Source: a virus. Taken from it: a stretch of 6,050 nucleotides of DNA. Shown one piece after another: positions 4,544-6,050 of this stretch. The translations under genes were made by a program, and so were the position numbers. Numbering within the stretch: the first letter of the stretch is position 1; each line of letters opens with the position of its first letter. The notes beneath the pieces were generated by a model. It worked only from the letters and a program-made list of their open reading frames with translations, was not told the DNA's origin and made no database searches. The DNA lies in IMG/VR virus record IMGVR_UViG_3300029133_000082, positions 1 to 6,050 of that record; one strand, given 5' to 3'.

Positions 4544-6050
4544 ATGAGTGACTTTAATCCTTTAGACCGAGCTAAAATCTCCACTCATCGGTCTTCTTTC
4601 GACTTAAGTTCGAAAAAATTGTTTACAGCCAAAGTAGGCGAGATTCTCCCTTGCTATTGGCAGATTGCTATTCCAGGTACAAAATATCGTATTTCTTCTG
4701 ATTGGTTTACGCGAACTGTTCCGGTAAATACCGCCGCTTATACCCGTATCAAGGAGTATTATGATTTCTATGCTGTGCCGTTACGCCTGATTTCTCGCGC
4801 GCTCCCACAGGCATTTACTCAAATGACGGATTATATGACTTCTGCCGCTTCTAATTCTGCTAATACGTCCCAATTGACTAGTGTTCCTTATGCTCCTGTT
4901 GGTAATATCTCTGCCGAGATTCAGGCTCGTGTGGCTGCTAATACTGTTGACGATGCTGGCTTTGGTTTCGCCTATGGTTCTTGTAAATTATTGGACATGC
5001 TTGGTTATGGTTCATTTATTGGTGCCGCTAATACCAAGAAAAAAGAGATTACTAATCAGTATCTTGGTCTTGATACAGCTTCGCTGTCTGATGCTCAGAA
5101 TCCGCTTGTTTATGGTACTAGCATTAATTTGAATCTTCTTCCTATTTTCACTTATCAGAAGATTTATTTTGATTTCTATTCCAATTCTCAATGGGAAAAG
5201 CATTTGGCTTATGCTTACAATGTCGATTATTGGACTGGTAAGAGCTCTGTTGAGATTTCCGCTGATATGATTAAGCTTCGTTATGCGAATTATCCTAAGG
5301 ACTATTTTCTCGGTGTTCTTCCTAATTCTCAGTATGGTTCGGTAGCTGTTCTACCTTCTTCTCCTGTAGGTGGAGCTTCGCCTACGTCTGTTGTTGCATA
5401 TCGTTCCGGTGTTTCTCCTAATGGTTATGCTGTTGTAGAACCTTCTACAAATACTGTCACTGTTAATAATCAAGCTCCTTCTACTCGTGACCTTCGTGTT
5501 AATTCTGACCTTTCCGCCCTATCAATTCGCGCAACCGAATATCTCCAGCGCTGGAAAGAAGTAGTACAGTTCTCTAGTAAGGACTATTCAGACCAGATGG
5601 CCGCTCAATTCGGTATTAAAGCTCCCGAGTATATGGGTAATCATGCGCATTATATTGGTGGTTGGTCTAATGTGATTAATATTAATGAGGTCCTGAATAC
5701 TAATTTAACTGCTGATAACTCTCAGGCTGTTATTGCTGGTAAAGGTGTTGGTTCTAATTCTGGTCATACTATTACTTATGATTGTGGTGCTGAACATCAG
5801 GTGATTATGTGTGTTTACCATGCTGTTCCTTTGCTTGACTGGTCTCTTAAAGGTCATAATCCTCAGTTACTATGCACATCTGTTTCTGACTTCCCCCAGC
5901 CTGCTTTTGACCAGTTAGGCATGCAGCCTGTTCCGGCTCTGGCTCTTAATAATAGTCCTTCGTCTACCACCGGTAATATCGGATATAATTTGCGTTATTG
6001 GCAATGGAAATCTGCTGTTGATACTGTTCATGGTGCATTTCGTCCTGCTG
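4544..6050 (+). CDS. VP1: Major capsid protein VP1 (F-like), N-terminal ~502 codons. The ORF runs off the window end and continues in frame at 1..329 because the contig is a circularly permuted circular genome. The full product is about 578 aa.
   Basis: ATG at 4544 follows an 18-nt AT-rich spacer after the VP4 stop (4525). Hand translation from 4544 gives an uninterrupted frame to 6050 (MSDFNPLDRAKISTHRSSFDLSSKKLFTAKVGEILPCYWQIAIPG...EYYDFYAVPLRL...). The frame (pos mod 3 = 2) matches the frame of the track ORF 39..329 after mapping 5952->1. Size and composition are typical of Microviridae jelly-roll VP1. The ORF is missing from the ORF track only because it has no stop inside the window. Confidence 0.88.
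   Translation, partial: MSDFNPLDRAKISTHRSSFDLSSKKLFTAKVGEILPCYWQIAIPGTKYRISSDWFTRTVPVNTAAYTRIKEYYDFYAVPLRLISRALPQAFTQMTDYMTSAASNSANTSQLTSVPYAPVGNISAEIQARVAANTVDDAGFGFAYGSCKLLDMLGYGSFIGAANTKKKEITNQYLGLDTASLSDAQNPLVYGTSINLNLLPIFTYQKIYFDFYSNSQWEKHLAYAYNVDYWTGKSSVEISADMIKLRYANYPKDYFLGVLPNSQYGSVAVLPSSPVGGASPTSVVAYRSGVSPNGYAVVEPSTNTVTVNNQAPSTRDLRVNSDLSALSIRATEYLQRWKEVVQFSSKDYSDQMAAQFGIKAPEYMGNHAHYIGGWSNVININEVLNTNLTADNSQAVIAGKGVGSNSGHTITYDCGAEHQVIMCVYHAVPLLDWSLKGHNPQLLCTSVSDFPQPAFDQLGMQPVPALALNNSPSSTTGNIGYNLRYWQWKSAVDTVHGAFRPA
5952..6050. repeat. 99-nt terminal redundancy, identical to 1..99. It is the signature of a circular genome assembled past its own start (genome length 5951 nt).
   Basis: Base-for-base identity of 5952..6050 with 1..99, and the VP1 frame is continuous across the junction. 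The repeat is bounded only by the window edges. Confidence 0.9.

Noticed and set aside
1-6050. CRISPR arrays, tRNA/rRNA genes, IS/transposon ends
   Set aside because: There are no spaced direct repeats, no tRNA-like cloverleaf candidates noticed, and no inverted terminal repeats or transposase-like ORFs. The whole window is accounted for by a 6-kb microvirus genome.

Overview
The window is a complete, circularly permuted genome of a small ssDNA phage of the family Microviridae (gokushovirus/alpavirus-like, not phiX-like). It is about 5951 nt long: bases 1..99 are repeated exactly at 5952..6050, and the major capsid gene reads in frame across that junction. All genes are on the + strand, with strong T-preference at third codon positions. 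Going round the circle the order is: VP1 major capsid (4544..end, wrapping to 1..329), a 147-aa acidic protein that may be a scaffold (342..785), VP2 minor capsid/DNA-pilot (782..1963), and a ~300-nt non-coding region (1964..2270). That region holds a terminator-like hairpin plus T-run, a second hairpin and a Bacteroidetes-type promoter (TTTG, 19 nt, TAnnTTTG). Downstream of the promoter lie an acidic 59-aa ORF (2271..2450), a 27-aa single-TM micro-ORF (2455..2538), a 102-aa mini peptidase-M15 (2535..2843) and VP4, the rolling-circle replication initiator (2846..4525). The most interesting element is the compact putative lysis module, micro-TM peptide plus zinc D-Ala-D-Ala-carboxypeptidase-like M15 domain, in a phage family whose non-phiX lysis mechanism is poorly defined. 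The Rep is also unusually long (559 aa), with a ~130-aa insertion between motifs I and II and a ~250-aa C-terminal extension. The minus-strand ORFs and the off-frame Leu/Ile-rich plus-strand ORFs in the track are compositional artefacts.
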